Shown piece after piece: positions 38,173 through 46,468 of a DNA stretch of 64,000 nucleotides. A model generated the notes under the pieces. That model worked only from the letters and a program-made list of their open reading frames with translations. It searched no databases and had not been told where the DNA came from. Both the position numbers and the translations under genes were made by a program. Within the stretch, counting starts at the first letter, position 1. Each line of letters opens with the position of its first letter. The stretch lies in sequence record OQ411014.1, one strand, 5' to 3'.

Positions 38173-38186
38173 AGTGTTTCACTAGA

Positions 38187-38275
38187 GCTATGTAGAAAGT
38201 CCAAAAGAGGCTTTGTGCAAACGGAGCCTAATAACTCCTGTTGCTGAAGCTACACAATAATTAGCAAATAGGAGG
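38187..38275 (+). promoter_or_regulatory. Structured 5' leader sequestering the lysozyme Shine-Dalgarno
   Basis: CTCCTGTTGCTGA(38235-47) pairs with TTAGCAAATAGGAG(38261-74); upstream hairpin AGGCT/AGCCT. Confidence 0.55.
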
Positions 38276-38279
38276 AATT

Positions 38280-39200
38280 GTGCATAAAGCGATACAAGAA
38301 CTCAAAACTCGTACTAAGGTTGTTCTATTAGTAAGTTTTCTGTTGCTTGCCGCTGCTATTGGATTATATGGTTTATATCAAAATGATCGTACTACATCAT
38401 CGGGTTCAGAAGAATCAGTAGTACAAAATCAAATTCAAAAGCAACCAGTTACAACGTTACCAATGCAAAAGGCAACAGTACTGGAAAGCAGGAAGCAATA
38501 CGTAGTGCAAGCAGGTGATAGTTATTGGATCATCACTAATAAGATGAAACCTAATAACGTTGAACCACTTGAGTATATGGCAGTACTGAAGAAAGTGAAT
38601 AACAATGTTCAGTTACACACTGCTGTACCAATCTACGTGCCGAATGACAATGATTTGATGCATGTTACATTACCAGATGTGGTTGTCAAATTTGACGTAT
38701 ACGACGATATTGTCGTAAACCACATCAAGGAAGCAGAAGGTTCGAAGGAAGCACAGTCTAATAACAAGAGACGTCTTCTGGGTGGTAAAGTAGGTCCGTC
38801 ATTTAGTAAAAATCGTTTCTATCCTTACAAGGACACGAAAGGAAATTATACTATTGGGTACGGTCATTATATTGGTCCCAAAGAGTCCGAAGCGAGAAAG
38901 TATCGTTTTGGGTTGACCGAACGTGAAGCACACAAACTGTTGATTCAGGATATGAAAAAGACTCGTGAAGATTTCATATTGTTGCTGAAGCGTAAAAATG
39001 CAGTGAATCTAAGTGTTGAACAGCAACGTGTTTTATACGAAATGGCATTCAACATGGGCGTTGACAAACTGAGTACATTTGGTAAACTATGGAAAAGTGT
39101 AGAACGTCAAAATGAAAAGAAGTTCAAAAAAGAAATTGAGAACTCATTGTGGTACAGACAAGTAGGCAACCGTGCTGAAATGTTACTGAGTTCTCTATAA
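38280..39200 (+). CDS. Membrane-anchored LysM + T4-lysozyme-like (GH24) muramidase
   Basis: N-terminal TM; YVVQAGDSYWII..N..L LysM; E...PYKDTKGNYTIGYGH, EMAFNMG, WYRQVGNRA. Confidence 0.82.
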   Translation: MHKAIQELKTRTKVVLLVSFLLLAAAIGLYGLYQNDRTTSSGSEESVVQNQIQKQPVTTLPMQKATVLESRKQYVVQAGDSYWIITNKMKPNNVEPLEYMAVLKKVNNNVQLHTAVPIYVPNDNDLMHVTLPDVVVKFDVYDDIVVNHIKEAEGSKEAQSNNKRRLLGGKVGPSFSKNRFYPYKDTKGNYTIGYGHYIGPKESEARKYRFGLTEREAHKLLIQDMKKTREDFILLLKRKNAVNLSVEQQRVLYEMAFNMGVDKLSTFGKLWKSVERQNEKKFKKEIENSLWYRQVGNRAEMLLSSL

Positions 39201-39216
39201 CAGAGAGGTGTTATAT

Positions 39217-39549
39217 ATGCTAAATGTAAACGTTCAAGGTAATGTAGAAATCACTGACGCAATTCATGAACATATTCTGGCTGAAGCGGATCATCTAGAA
39301 AAGTACAGTACTGATAAAGTACTGGAACTTGATGTTCACGTGAAAAAAGAACACAAAACTCAATACACTGTAACAATCGTTGGTAACGGCAAATCCAGTA
39401 CTGCCAACGCTGCTGATTTATACAAAGCAATCACTGACTCCTTTGGTAAAATGGATAAAGTGCTTGGTAAAGATAAGAGTGTAAAAATCAGTCGCCGTAA
39501 CAATCCTGTTCATCCTGTTGAAATTGACTTGACAGAAGACGAAGAGTAA
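39217..39549 (+). CDS. hpf: Ribosome hibernation factor HPF/RaiA (S30AE)-like protein
   Basis: LNVNVQGNVEITDAIHEHI...LEKY...ADLYKAITDSFGKMDKVL; start ATG 39217. Confidence 0.75.
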   Translation: MLNVNVQGNVEITDAIHEHILAEADHLEKYSTDKVLELDVHVKKEHKTQYTVTIVGNGKSSTANAADLYKAITDSFGKMDKVLGKDKSVKISRRNNPVHPVEIDLTEDEE

Positions 39550-39559
39550 TACATAATAC

Positions 39560-39585
39560 AAGGAAGCCATATGGCTTCCTTTTTT
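39560..39585 (+). terminator. Rho-independent terminator
   Basis: AAGGAAGCC-atat-GGCTTCCTT plus T run. Confidence 0.85.
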
Positions 39586-39602
39586 AATATATGGAGAACA
39601 CA

Positions 39603-40139
39603 ATGAGTGAATTTACAAAGGTAATCAATAAGGTTCGTAGTTTCACTGCTGAAGATTGGCACAGAACCAAACATGGCTCGTGGGAATCTTTTGACAAATA
39701 TAGTTTTCGTTCAGCAGATTATGAAATTATGTCCGAAGATATGGAAGATTTTGTTCTAGGTGATAGTACTCCATATCGTGAAGTACTCCCACTAATCGGT
39801 CATGTTGTTTGGCACGCTGAAGAGATGTCATATAGTAAAGATCTGCACTCAATTCAAATTATTGTTGGGTCTTCTAAAAGGAAAGGTGATATCACACTAT
39901 ATGTGCGTAAAGATTTGGTGTATCTGGTAAATGACACATTACGATACACGGAAAATCCCGAAGACTGCCCTACAGAATCGCAGTACTTCCAAATCTTACT
40001 TGAACAACCTGAATTTCCTGACATGTCCTACGATGAGTTCAAATCTTTGTTCACACTGTATGATCATTTGAACGAGGTAATCACAAAAGGTAAAACAATG
40101 ACATTTGCTGGGAGTAGATATCATGATTACAATGCTTGA
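39603..40139 (+). CDS. STEE-FQ family protein 1 (divergent)
   Basis: PTESQYFQILLEQPEFPDMSYDEF; start ATG 39603. Confidence 0.68.
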   Translation: MSEFTKVINKVRSFTAEDWHRTKHGSWESFDKYSFRSADYEIMSEDMEDFVLGDSTPYREVLPLIGHVVWHAEEMSYSKDLHSIQIIVGSSKRKGDITLYVRKDLVYLVNDTLRYTENPEDCPTESQYFQILLEQPEFPDMSYDEFKSLFTLYDHLNEVITKGKTMTFAGSRYHDYNA

Positions 40140-40242
40140 AGAAGACTGGGGCGTAGGTGGGGATTACAATCCATTTGAACCTGAAGAAAAAGAAGAGTCC
40201 CCATCGTGGTGGGATTGGGTTCGTGGATTATTCGGGCGATAA
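40123..40242 (+). CDS. 39-aa acidic/Trp-rich peptide
   Basis: Not in the ORF track; SD GGAG; MITMLEEDWGVGGDYNPFEPEEKEESPSWWDWVRGLFGR; TAATATG-coupled to the next gene. Confidence 0.5.
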   Translation: MITMLEEDWGVGGDYNPFEPEEKEESPSWWDWVRGLFGR

Positions 40243-40243
40243 T

Positions 40244-40657
40244 ATGAAAATAGAACCTGAACGCATTGCTAAACTAAAACAACTCATGGAACATACGTTA
40301 GAACTTCCACGAGAAAATCTAACATCATTCACAACCAAACCTTGGTGTACAGGTTGGTGGGTTAGTGATTATGTTTATGCTGATTATGACCACAACGAGC
40401 TAATGATTTGTGTACTGAAAAGTGACGTGGTGTGGGGACAGACTGGTAAGTTATACATAAGTTCAAATCACGTTCAATTGATAAAAACTGCACCACCGTT
40501 TACACTTAGCGTTCCGAGAATCAGTACTGAAGAAGAGTATTTTCAACAGTCAACACTTCATGATTTGACAAATTTGGACTTGGATTTCTTTTTGACTTGT
40601 AATAAACTCTATTCACTATGTTGCAGTTTACACACGATTGGGGATACAGATGTATAG
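40244..40657 (+). CDS. STEE-FQ family protein 2
   Basis: RISTEEEYFQQSTLHDLTNLDLDFFLTCNKLY; start moved to ATG 40244. Confidence 0.72.
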   Translation: MKIEPERIAKLKQLMEHTLELPRENLTSFTTKPWCTGWWVSDYVYADYDHNELMICVLKSDVVWGQTGKLYISSNHVQLIKTAPPFTLSVPRISTEEEYFQQSTLHDLTNLDLDFFLTCNKLYSLCCSLHTIGDTDV

Positions 40658-41042
40658 TCGTATGCTAAAAGAACTGAATGAACTTCTGGTGAATGTATTG
40701 GGATGGCCTGCTGATAATTACAGATACATCAGAGAACGTGATTTAGGAACCATCAGAGATTGCTGGGTGAATAAATTCACATTCGCAGAAGATAATTGTG
40801 GTGATGTTTCGGTATCTTTGTCTAAATGTTCGGATATTGATTTTTGTTACATCAAGATATTGGAAGATGCAGTGGAGTTCCGAAAAGGATTGTCTACGAT
40901 TTGGAGTTACCCACGATTGAGTACTGAAGAAGAGTTTTTTCAATTATCAGTACTGCATGATACATCTGGCTTGGATTTGGACTTCTTTTTGAATTGCACT
41001 AAACTATACAACCTGGGCAAAATTGCACTAATAGAGGGATAA
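40650..41042 (+). CDS. STEE-FQ family protein 3
   Basis: RLSTEEEFFQLSVLHDTSGLDLDFFLNCTKLY. Confidence 0.72.
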   Translation: MYSRMLKELNELLVNVLGWPADNYRYIRERDLGTIRDCWVNKFTFAEDNCGDVSVSLSKCSDIDFCYIKILEDAVEFRKGLSTIWSYPRLSTEEEFFQLSVLHDTSGLDLDFFLNCTKLYNLGKIALIEG

Positions 41043-41043
41043 C

Positions 41044-41454
41044 ATGGCTATGAATCCAAATAAAGTAGTACAGCTAAGAGATTTACTACCGTACATTTTA
41101 GAACTTCCTGAGAAAGCACATAAACGATTGTCCTTCCGATATGAAGTTGGTGGTGGGTGGATCAATGACTTTGTGAATGTATTTTTCATCAATGACAAGC
41201 TCACAGTTTCCGTGACTGCTGATGTGGAGTTTAAAACTGGTTACTTCACTATAAGCGAAAATACAGTTGAATATTACACTTCCAATAAAGGTGGTGCGAA
41301 ACCGGAAATAACGTACAAACTTGTCAGTACTGAAGAAGAGCATTTCCAGGAGTCACTAATTCATGATTTAACACTTTTAGATCTGGACTTCTTCCTGAAC
41401 TGTGCTAAAATATACGCACTATGTGATGATTTGATCACGATTGATTATTATTGA
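41044..41454 (+). CDS. STEE-FQ family protein 4
   Basis: LVSTEEEHFQESLIHDLTLLDLDFFLNCAKIY. Confidence 0.72.
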   Translation: MAMNPNKVVQLRDLLPYILELPEKAHKRLSFRYEVGGGWINDFVNVFFINDKLTVSVTADVEFKTGYFTISENTVEYYTSNKGGAKPEITYKLVSTEEEHFQESLIHDLTLLDLDFFLNCAKIYALCDDLITIDYY

Positions 41455-41462
41455 GGATTATA

Positions 41463-41864
41463 ATGTACAATAGTGTAATGATGCAGCATTTCACTACAAT
41501 GATTGGTGCTGCCATGAATAGTCCTAAACTGAAAACGTTACGCATCATTGATGGTGCGTGCTGGATTACAGAAAATGCTTTTATCTGGATGCATGAGAGT
41601 CGTGATAAATTAACTATCACAATAAAGCCATCATTTAGTTTAGAAGAGATACTACAACATAGTAGTATTGATATCAAACATGATAGTATAGATATTCGTA
41701 ACTCCCATAACCCAAAAGGTATTAATATCCCACGTATTAGTACTGAAGAAGAGTACTTTCAACAAAGTACTATTCATGATTTATCAAATTTCAACCTTGA
41801 TTTTTTCAAACAATGTGCAGTACTGTTCGATAAAACATGGGATCAACTTACATGGTGTAAGTAG
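41463..41864 (+). CDS. STEE-FQ family protein 5
   Basis: RISTEEEYFQQSTIHDLSNFNLDFFKQCAVLF. Confidence 0.72.
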   Translation: MYNSVMMQHFTTMIGAAMNSPKLKTLRIIDGACWITENAFIWMHESRDKLTITIKPSFSLEEILQHSSIDIKHDSIDIRNSHNPKGINIPRISTEEEYFQQSTIHDLSNFNLDFFKQCAVLFDKTWDQLTWCK

Positions 41865-41891
41865 TATTTTACATTATTATGAGGAACTAAA

Positions 41892-43001
41892 ATGAAAAAG
41901 TATTTGGTTGGTGGTTTTGTACGCGATAAGCTACTTGGCTTACGTCCTAAAGACAAAGATTATGTCTTGGTAGGAGCGACCCCGCGTGATATTCAGTACT
42001 TAAAAAGTATTGGATATGAGCAGGTTGGTGCAGACTTCCCTGTGTTCTTGGATAAGGACGGCAATGAGCACGCACTTGCCCGTACTGAACGCAAGGTGTC
42101 TGATGGCTATAATGGCTTTGAAGTGAATACACAAGGTGTAACGCTTCAGGAAGACTTGTATCGTCGTGATTTGACCATCAATGCGATTGCCTTTGACCCA
42201 CAGTTAAAGGTACACGTAGACCCATATGGTGGCAAAGAAGACCTAAAGAACAAAGTACTGCGACATGTATCTGAACATTTTGAAGAAGATCCAGTACGTA
42301 TTCTGCGTATCGCTCGTTTCAGTGCACGTTATTCGGACTTTACAGTACATGAAAGTACTGAATCGTTGATTCGCCGTATGATCAATCGTGGCGATATTTC
42401 TGAATTGACTAAAGAGCGAGTGTACGTAGAATTCGAGAAAGCATTCTCCGAAGAAGAGCCAGTTATCTTCCTGGAGAAGCTATCCAAATGGGGAGCCATG
42501 AGTAAGTTGATTCCTGGTAATCCTGAAAGTACTTACAAGACTATTGAATACATTAGTTCCAATTGTACTTTAGCGTATAAGGATTTTTACTTGTGGGCTG
42601 AACTAATTGGTTCTAATGAAGTACAAAAAGATGGAGTCTTTGGTCAGGTCAAGCTACCATCGCGTTACTCTAAGTTCAGTGCGTATGTATGCAAGCACGC
42701 GGATAGTATCAAGAATTTCCGTAAGAGCACCCCAGAAGAAATGGTAAATATTCTTACTGAGATGAGCGTAAAGAACAACGGTGGTGAAGAGTACTTGTAC
42801 AAAGTACTGGAATACTTTATCCTACGTAAAGAGATTGATTTGGACTTAGAAGATTTGATTATTCGAGTTTATGATCGCTTTGAGAATACGGTCATTGGTA
42901 ATATTGATCAGATGCTTAAAGATGGAACTATCACTTCACGTGAAATTCCTTCTTTTGTGAAAGAGAAGCGAATCGCTGAGGTGGAAAAAATCTTCAAATA
43001 A
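41892..43001 (+). CDS. cca: tRNA nucleotidyltransferase (class II CCA-adding enzyme, no HD domain)
   Basis: VGGFVRDKLLG..KDKDYV, DFPVF, ALARTER, RRDLTINAIA, DPYGG, EDPVRILRIARF. Confidence 0.93.
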   Translation: MKKYLVGGFVRDKLLGLRPKDKDYVLVGATPRDIQYLKSIGYEQVGADFPVFLDKDGNEHALARTERKVSDGYNGFEVNTQGVTLQEDLYRRDLTINAIAFDPQLKVHVDPYGGKEDLKNKVLRHVSEHFEEDPVRILRIARFSARYSDFTVHESTESLIRRMINRGDISELTKERVYVEFEKAFSEEEPVIFLEKLSKWGAMSKLIPGNPESTYKTIEYISSNCTLAYKDFYLWAELIGSNEVQKDGVFGQVKLPSRYSKFSAYVCKHADSIKNFRKSTPEEMVNILTEMSVKNNGGEEYLYKVLEYFILRKEIDLDLEDLIIRVYDRFENTVIGNIDQMLKDGTITSREIPSFVKEKRIAEVEKIFK

Positions 43002-43002
43002 A

Positions 43003-43032
43003 TTGAGATATTTTCGAAAAAAGTGATATATT
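43003..43032 (+). promoter_or_regulatory. Early promoter variant (TTGAGA-N18-TATATT)
   Basis: Same class as 9972/28672/61297. Confidence 0.5.
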
Positions 43033-43064
43033 ATAAGTATCTGAGATATGTAAGAGATAAAAAT

Positions 43065-43742
43065 ATGCGATATACATGCGGGATAATATTTTATCGAAAC
43101 GGTCAGATACTTGTAGGTCACACGACTGGTCAGAGTCATTGGGATTTACCGAAAGGTAAGACTGAAGGTTCTGAGACATTCAAGGAAGCGGCAGTTCGTG
43201 AATGCTATGAAGAAACTGGATACAGTATTGATGAACGAGATTTACTGTACTTAGGTGATGTATCATACAGAAAGGGAAAGCGTTTAGTACTGTTCTTTTA
43301 CACAGCCAAGACGAAACCAATTGCTGAAGAGTTGCAATGTATCAGTACTTACACGAATAAGTACGGTATTGTACGTCCAGAGTTGGACAAATTCAAGTAC
43401 ATAGACATTGAGGACTGTGAACTCTACTTGACTGAACGGATGTGTGATAGTATAATCAAAGCTATTACACAATTTGATAAAAAGACAAATAAAAAGGAAG
43501 ATAATATGAAAGTTGTAATTTATGGTCGTAAAGCTGGTTGTAAGTGGTGTACTACTGCTAAAGAAGTTTGTGAAACTAACTCAATTGATTTTGATTTCAT
43601 TGATTTAGATGAAGCTGGTATTGATGGTGCTAAACTCGCTGAAATTTGTGGCACTCCAGTACGTACTGTTCCACAAATTTTCGTTGACGATCAACACATT
43701 GGTGGTTGTACTGAGTTTATTTCGCACCTATCCAAAATGTAA
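43065..43742 (+). CDS. Nudix hydrolase reading in frame into glutaredoxin
   Basis: WDLPKGKTEGSETFKEAAVRECYEETG Nudix box; no stop before the Grx ATG. Confidence 0.75.
   Translation: MRYTCGIIFYRNGQILVGHTTGQSHWDLPKGKTEGSETFKEAAVRECYEETGYSIDERDLLYLGDVSYRKGKRLVLFFYTAKTKPIAEELQCISTYTNKYGIVRPELDKFKYIDIEDCELYLTERMCDSIIKAITQFDKKTNKKEDNMKVVIYGRKAGCKWCTTAKEVCETNSIDFDFIDLDEAGIDGAKLAEICGTPVRTVPQIFVDDQHIGGCTEFISHLSKM
43506..43742 (+). CDS. grx: Glutaredoxin (internal start)
   Basis: CKWC active site, TVPQIF, IGG; own SD AAGGA. Confidence 0.88.
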   Translation: MKVVIYGRKAGCKWCTTAKEVCETNSIDFDFIDLDEAGIDGAKLAEICGTPVRTVPQIFVDDQHIGGCTEFISHLSKM

Positions 43743-43750
43743 GGTTTCAA

Positions 43751-44002
43751 ATGTCAAGTCTTCAAGAATTCCATAACAAAAGTTCTGCACAAGCCCAGCG
43801 ACTTGCTAAACATTTTGGTGTAGAACTCAAGATGCCGGATTTAGCAGAAATAGAAGCGAAAGCAAAGCATCGCATCATGTTGATGGAGAAGTATCATGAG
43901 CAGAAAGATATGTACGATGCAGCGATTCATAAACTGCTTGACATTGTACCTGCTGATGTATTACAATCTATCATATCGAAACTGCTAAATTCTTCGAAAT
44001 AA
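43751..44002 (+). CDS. Hypothetical protein
   Basis: 83 aa. Confidence 0.65.
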   Translation: MSSLQEFHNKSSAQAQRLAKHFGVELKMPDLAEIEAKAKHRIMLMEKYHEQKDMYDAAIHKLLDIVPADVLQSIISKLLNSSK

Positions 44003-44053
44003 ATAACAATGAAGGGTAACAAATCCTTCGTTATGAAATTTGGGAGAAATACT

Positions 44054-44299
44054 ATGACTAGTTTCCGTGAACAATTGGCTCAAGGTAAATTCGAGAGCAA
44101 AACATCCAGTACTAACATTCCTAAGAAAAGTGCTTTTCTGGGAACAATTACTGAAGATGGTTATTGTGATTACAACGTGCCAGAAGACTCTTGGTATGTT
44201 AGTAAGGACATGAAACGCAGTATTCGCTTACACCAAAGTACGGTTGCGAGAAAACAACGTAAGGAACTTCGTCGTTTATTGACGGGTTCTGAAGACTAA
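44054..44299 (+). CDS. Basic hypothetical protein
   Basis: Start moved to ATG 44054 (SD GGAG). Confidence 0.62.
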   Translation: MTSFREQLAQGKFESKTSSTNIPKKSAFLGTITEDGYCDYNVPEDSWYVSKDMKRSIRLHQSTVARKQRKELRRLLTGSED

Positions 44300-44305
44300 T
44301 AATTT

Positions 44306-44336
44306 AAAAGGACTCCTAAATCAAGAGTCCTTTTTT
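44306..44336 (+). terminator. Rho-independent terminator
   Basis: AAAAGGACTC...GAGTCCTTTT. Confidence 0.78.
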
Positions 44337-44350
44337 CATCGAGATAAAAT

Positions 44351-44851
44351 ATGAATAACATCACACATCACGTAGGAAATCTTTTCAACTTATATAAAGA
44401 AGTAGGTGAAGAGAATAACAGTACTGATAGTGAAGTAATGAACGTTATTATTCATGGTTGTAACGCACAAGGTCGTATGGGTTCTGGTTTTGCTAAAGAA
44501 TTACGTGCACGTTTTCCTGGTGCTTATAACGAATATAAAAAACAGTACGAAAGTACTGGACTTCAGTTAGGAAAGAACGTATACTACTTACCACATGATG
44601 AAAACACCCTTATCGTAAATGCTATCACTCAAGAGTATTACGGATATGATGGTAAGAAGTACGTTAGTTATGACGCAATTGATGATTGTATGATTGAACT
44701 AAATACTCTACTTTCTGGAATGGATGGAAATATCCAAATTCACTTCCCAAAAATCGGAGCCGATTTAGGTGGTGGTAATTGGGAAGTAATCAAAAGTATC
44801 ATTGAAACACGGGTAATCTTTGGTACTAAGCATCTATATACCCTAGTATAA
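44351..44851 (+). CDS. Macro domain (ADP-ribose binding/processing) protein
   Basis: IIHGCNAQGRMGSGFAK, IVNAITQ, FPKIGADLGGGNW. Confidence 0.88.
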   Translation: MNNITHHVGNLFNLYKEVGEENNSTDSEVMNVIIHGCNAQGRMGSGFAKELRARFPGAYNEYKKQYESTGLQLGKNVYYLPHDENTLIVNAITQEYYGYDGKKYVSYDAIDDCMIELNTLLSGMDGNIQIHFPKIGADLGGGNWEVIKSIIETRVIFGTKHLYTLV

Positions 44852-44882
44852 TTTTATCAATAACTTCAAAGGAATGAACAAC

Positions 44883-45215
44883 ATGGCTACTGAAAAAGCA
44901 CAAATCGTCGTAAAACTACTACACATTGCAGGTCAAGGTCCAGTACTAGCAGTACTACAAGGTGAAACCAACGATTCCCTAATCACCATGCATCCAGCAC
45001 AACTTGGTCAAGATGAGAATGGCGATATTCAAATCCTATCCTATCTTGGTGGTCTAGTTGCTGAAGATGCACCAGTAGTATTCATGAAGTCTAACATTGT
45101 TGCGGTATGTGAAGTTGAACCGACTCTAGGTAAAGAATACGTTTCTGCTGTAGAAGCATTGACAAAATCCTCTGTTGGTGTTATTATGCCTCCAGAAAAG
45201 AAAATCATTCTATAA
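44883..45215 (+). CDS. Hypothetical beta-rich protein
   Basis: ATG 44883; high-expression codons. Confidence 0.7.
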   Translation: MATEKAQIVVKLLHIAGQGPVLAVLQGETNDSLITMHPAQLGQDENGDIQILSYLGGLVAEDAPVVFMKSNIVAVCEVEPTLGKEYVSAVEALTKSSVGVIMPPEKKIIL

Positions 45216-45234
45216 GACAAAATAAGGTACTAAT

Positions 45235-45621
45235 ATGATCCGTAAAGAAGACACCAAACCAGTTGTAACTTTCCAAGCAATCGTAGTACTGAAAGGTACT
45301 GCACCAGAAGTCATTGCAGCAGAGTTAGTAATGGCAGGGATGACTACTCTACATCAGTACAATCCAAAGTCCAATTCATTTGTAGGTAATTATGAAGCGG
45401 GTGAATTCACTAAACATTGGGATTCATGGGTAAAAGACAATGACTTGCGTCAAGCTGTGTACTTTGCGGATAATATTGACCAGCTAAACGAAGTATCGTA
45501 TTTGGCAGAACTAGAAAGCGTTCCAATGAACGCATTCGATGAAGATAGTAGTGTTCTAGTACTGGGACCGTTCAGTGGAGAACGTATTGACTATCTGACC
45601 ACGAACTTCACTAAAGCATAA
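45235..45621 (+). CDS. Possible degenerate Pth2 (peptidyl-tRNA hydrolase 2)-fold protein
   Basis: QAIVV, W...RQAVYFADN..QL...AELE.VP, LVLGP...ERIDYLT; catalytic motifs absent. Confidence 0.4.
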   Translation: MIRKEDTKPVVTFQAIVVLKGTAPEVIAAELVMAGMTTLHQYNPKSNSFVGNYEAGEFTKHWDSWVKDNDLRQAVYFADNIDQLNEVSYLAELESVPMNAFDEDSSVLVLGPFSGERIDYLTTNFTKA

Positions 45622-45640
45622 TAAAATAAAAAAGCATCTC

Positions 45641-45646
45641 TAAATA
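45641..45646 (+). promoter_or_regulatory. Late promoter motif upstream of the neck gene
   Basis: TAAATA. Confidence 0.5.
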
Positions 45647-45682
45647 CAGTAACAGTAAACGTTACTTATGAAGAGGTGCTTT

Positions 45683-46468
45683 ATGGCATATGATTATCAG
45701 GGCAACCCAGAAGCCCCAAATTACGACCACAGAGAAAAATTAAAAGATGTAATTACTACACGTCTAGGAGCTGGGGCAGTAGAAGTAGAAATTACTGATG
45801 ACCAGTTAGAGTTAGCTATTGACATGGCAGTAGAGAACTACAGAGCGTGGTCAGGCAATTCCAAAGAAGAATCATTCTTGCATATGAAACTATTCCCATC
45901 TGAATCAGTCTATGTGTTACCAACAGAAGTTGAAATCGTTCGCAGAATTTACCGCAGGGGTAATGGTGTAGTATCAGGAAACAGTAGTACTGTTGACCCA
46001 TTTAGTCTTGCTTATAGCAATACTTATCTATTATCGGCAGTTCGTGGTAGTACTGGTGGTGGTCTATTAACTTATGACTTGTATCACCAATTTGATGAAA
46101 CTGTAGCACGTCTATTCGGTCGTGAGATTATATTCCAATGGAACCCAGTTAACAAAAAACTAATTATTGATCGTGACATTCGTGGTGAAGAAGATGTACT
46201 ATTACATGTGTACCAAAACGTACCAGAGCCAATGCTATTCAAACAGCAAATGACTTATCCTTGGTTGCGTGATTGGGCTATGTCTGAAGCGATGCTAATG
46301 TTAGGTCGTAACCGTTCTAAATTTGCTACCCTTCCAGGGCCACAAGGTACATTCAGTATGGATGGTAATGAACTTCGCCAGGAAGCAATGGCAATGCAAG
46401 AGAAATTAGAGCAACAAATCCGTAATTACAGAGATGGTTCAATGCCATTATCTTTCATTATTGGATAA
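45683..46468 (+). CDS. Neck protein (T4 gp13-like)
   Basis: LGAGAVEVEITDDQLELAID, C-terminal LPGPQG..SMDG..LRQEA; start ATG 45683 (SD GAGGT). Confidence 0.8.
   Translation: MAYDYQGNPEAPNYDHREKLKDVITTRLGAGAVEVEITDDQLELAIDMAVENYRAWSGNSKEESFLHMKLFPSESVYVLPTEVEIVRRIYRRGNGVVSGNSSTVDPFSLAYSNTYLLSAVRGSTGGGLLTYDLYHQFDETVARLFGREIIFQWNPVNKKLIIDRDIRGEEDVLLHVYQNVPEPMLFKQQMTYPWLRDWAMSEAMLMLGRNRSKFATLPGPQGTFSMDGNELRQEAMAMQEKLEQQIRNYRDGSMPLSFIIG

Noticed and set aside
38190-38260. GAAAGTCC (RNase P-like) and GCAAA...GCCTAA (c-di-GMP-I-like) fragments in the lysozyme leader
   Set aside because: Far too short for RNase P; spacing and the P1 GAAA tetraloop of the c-di-GMP-I consensus are missing. Kept only as an unassigned leader.
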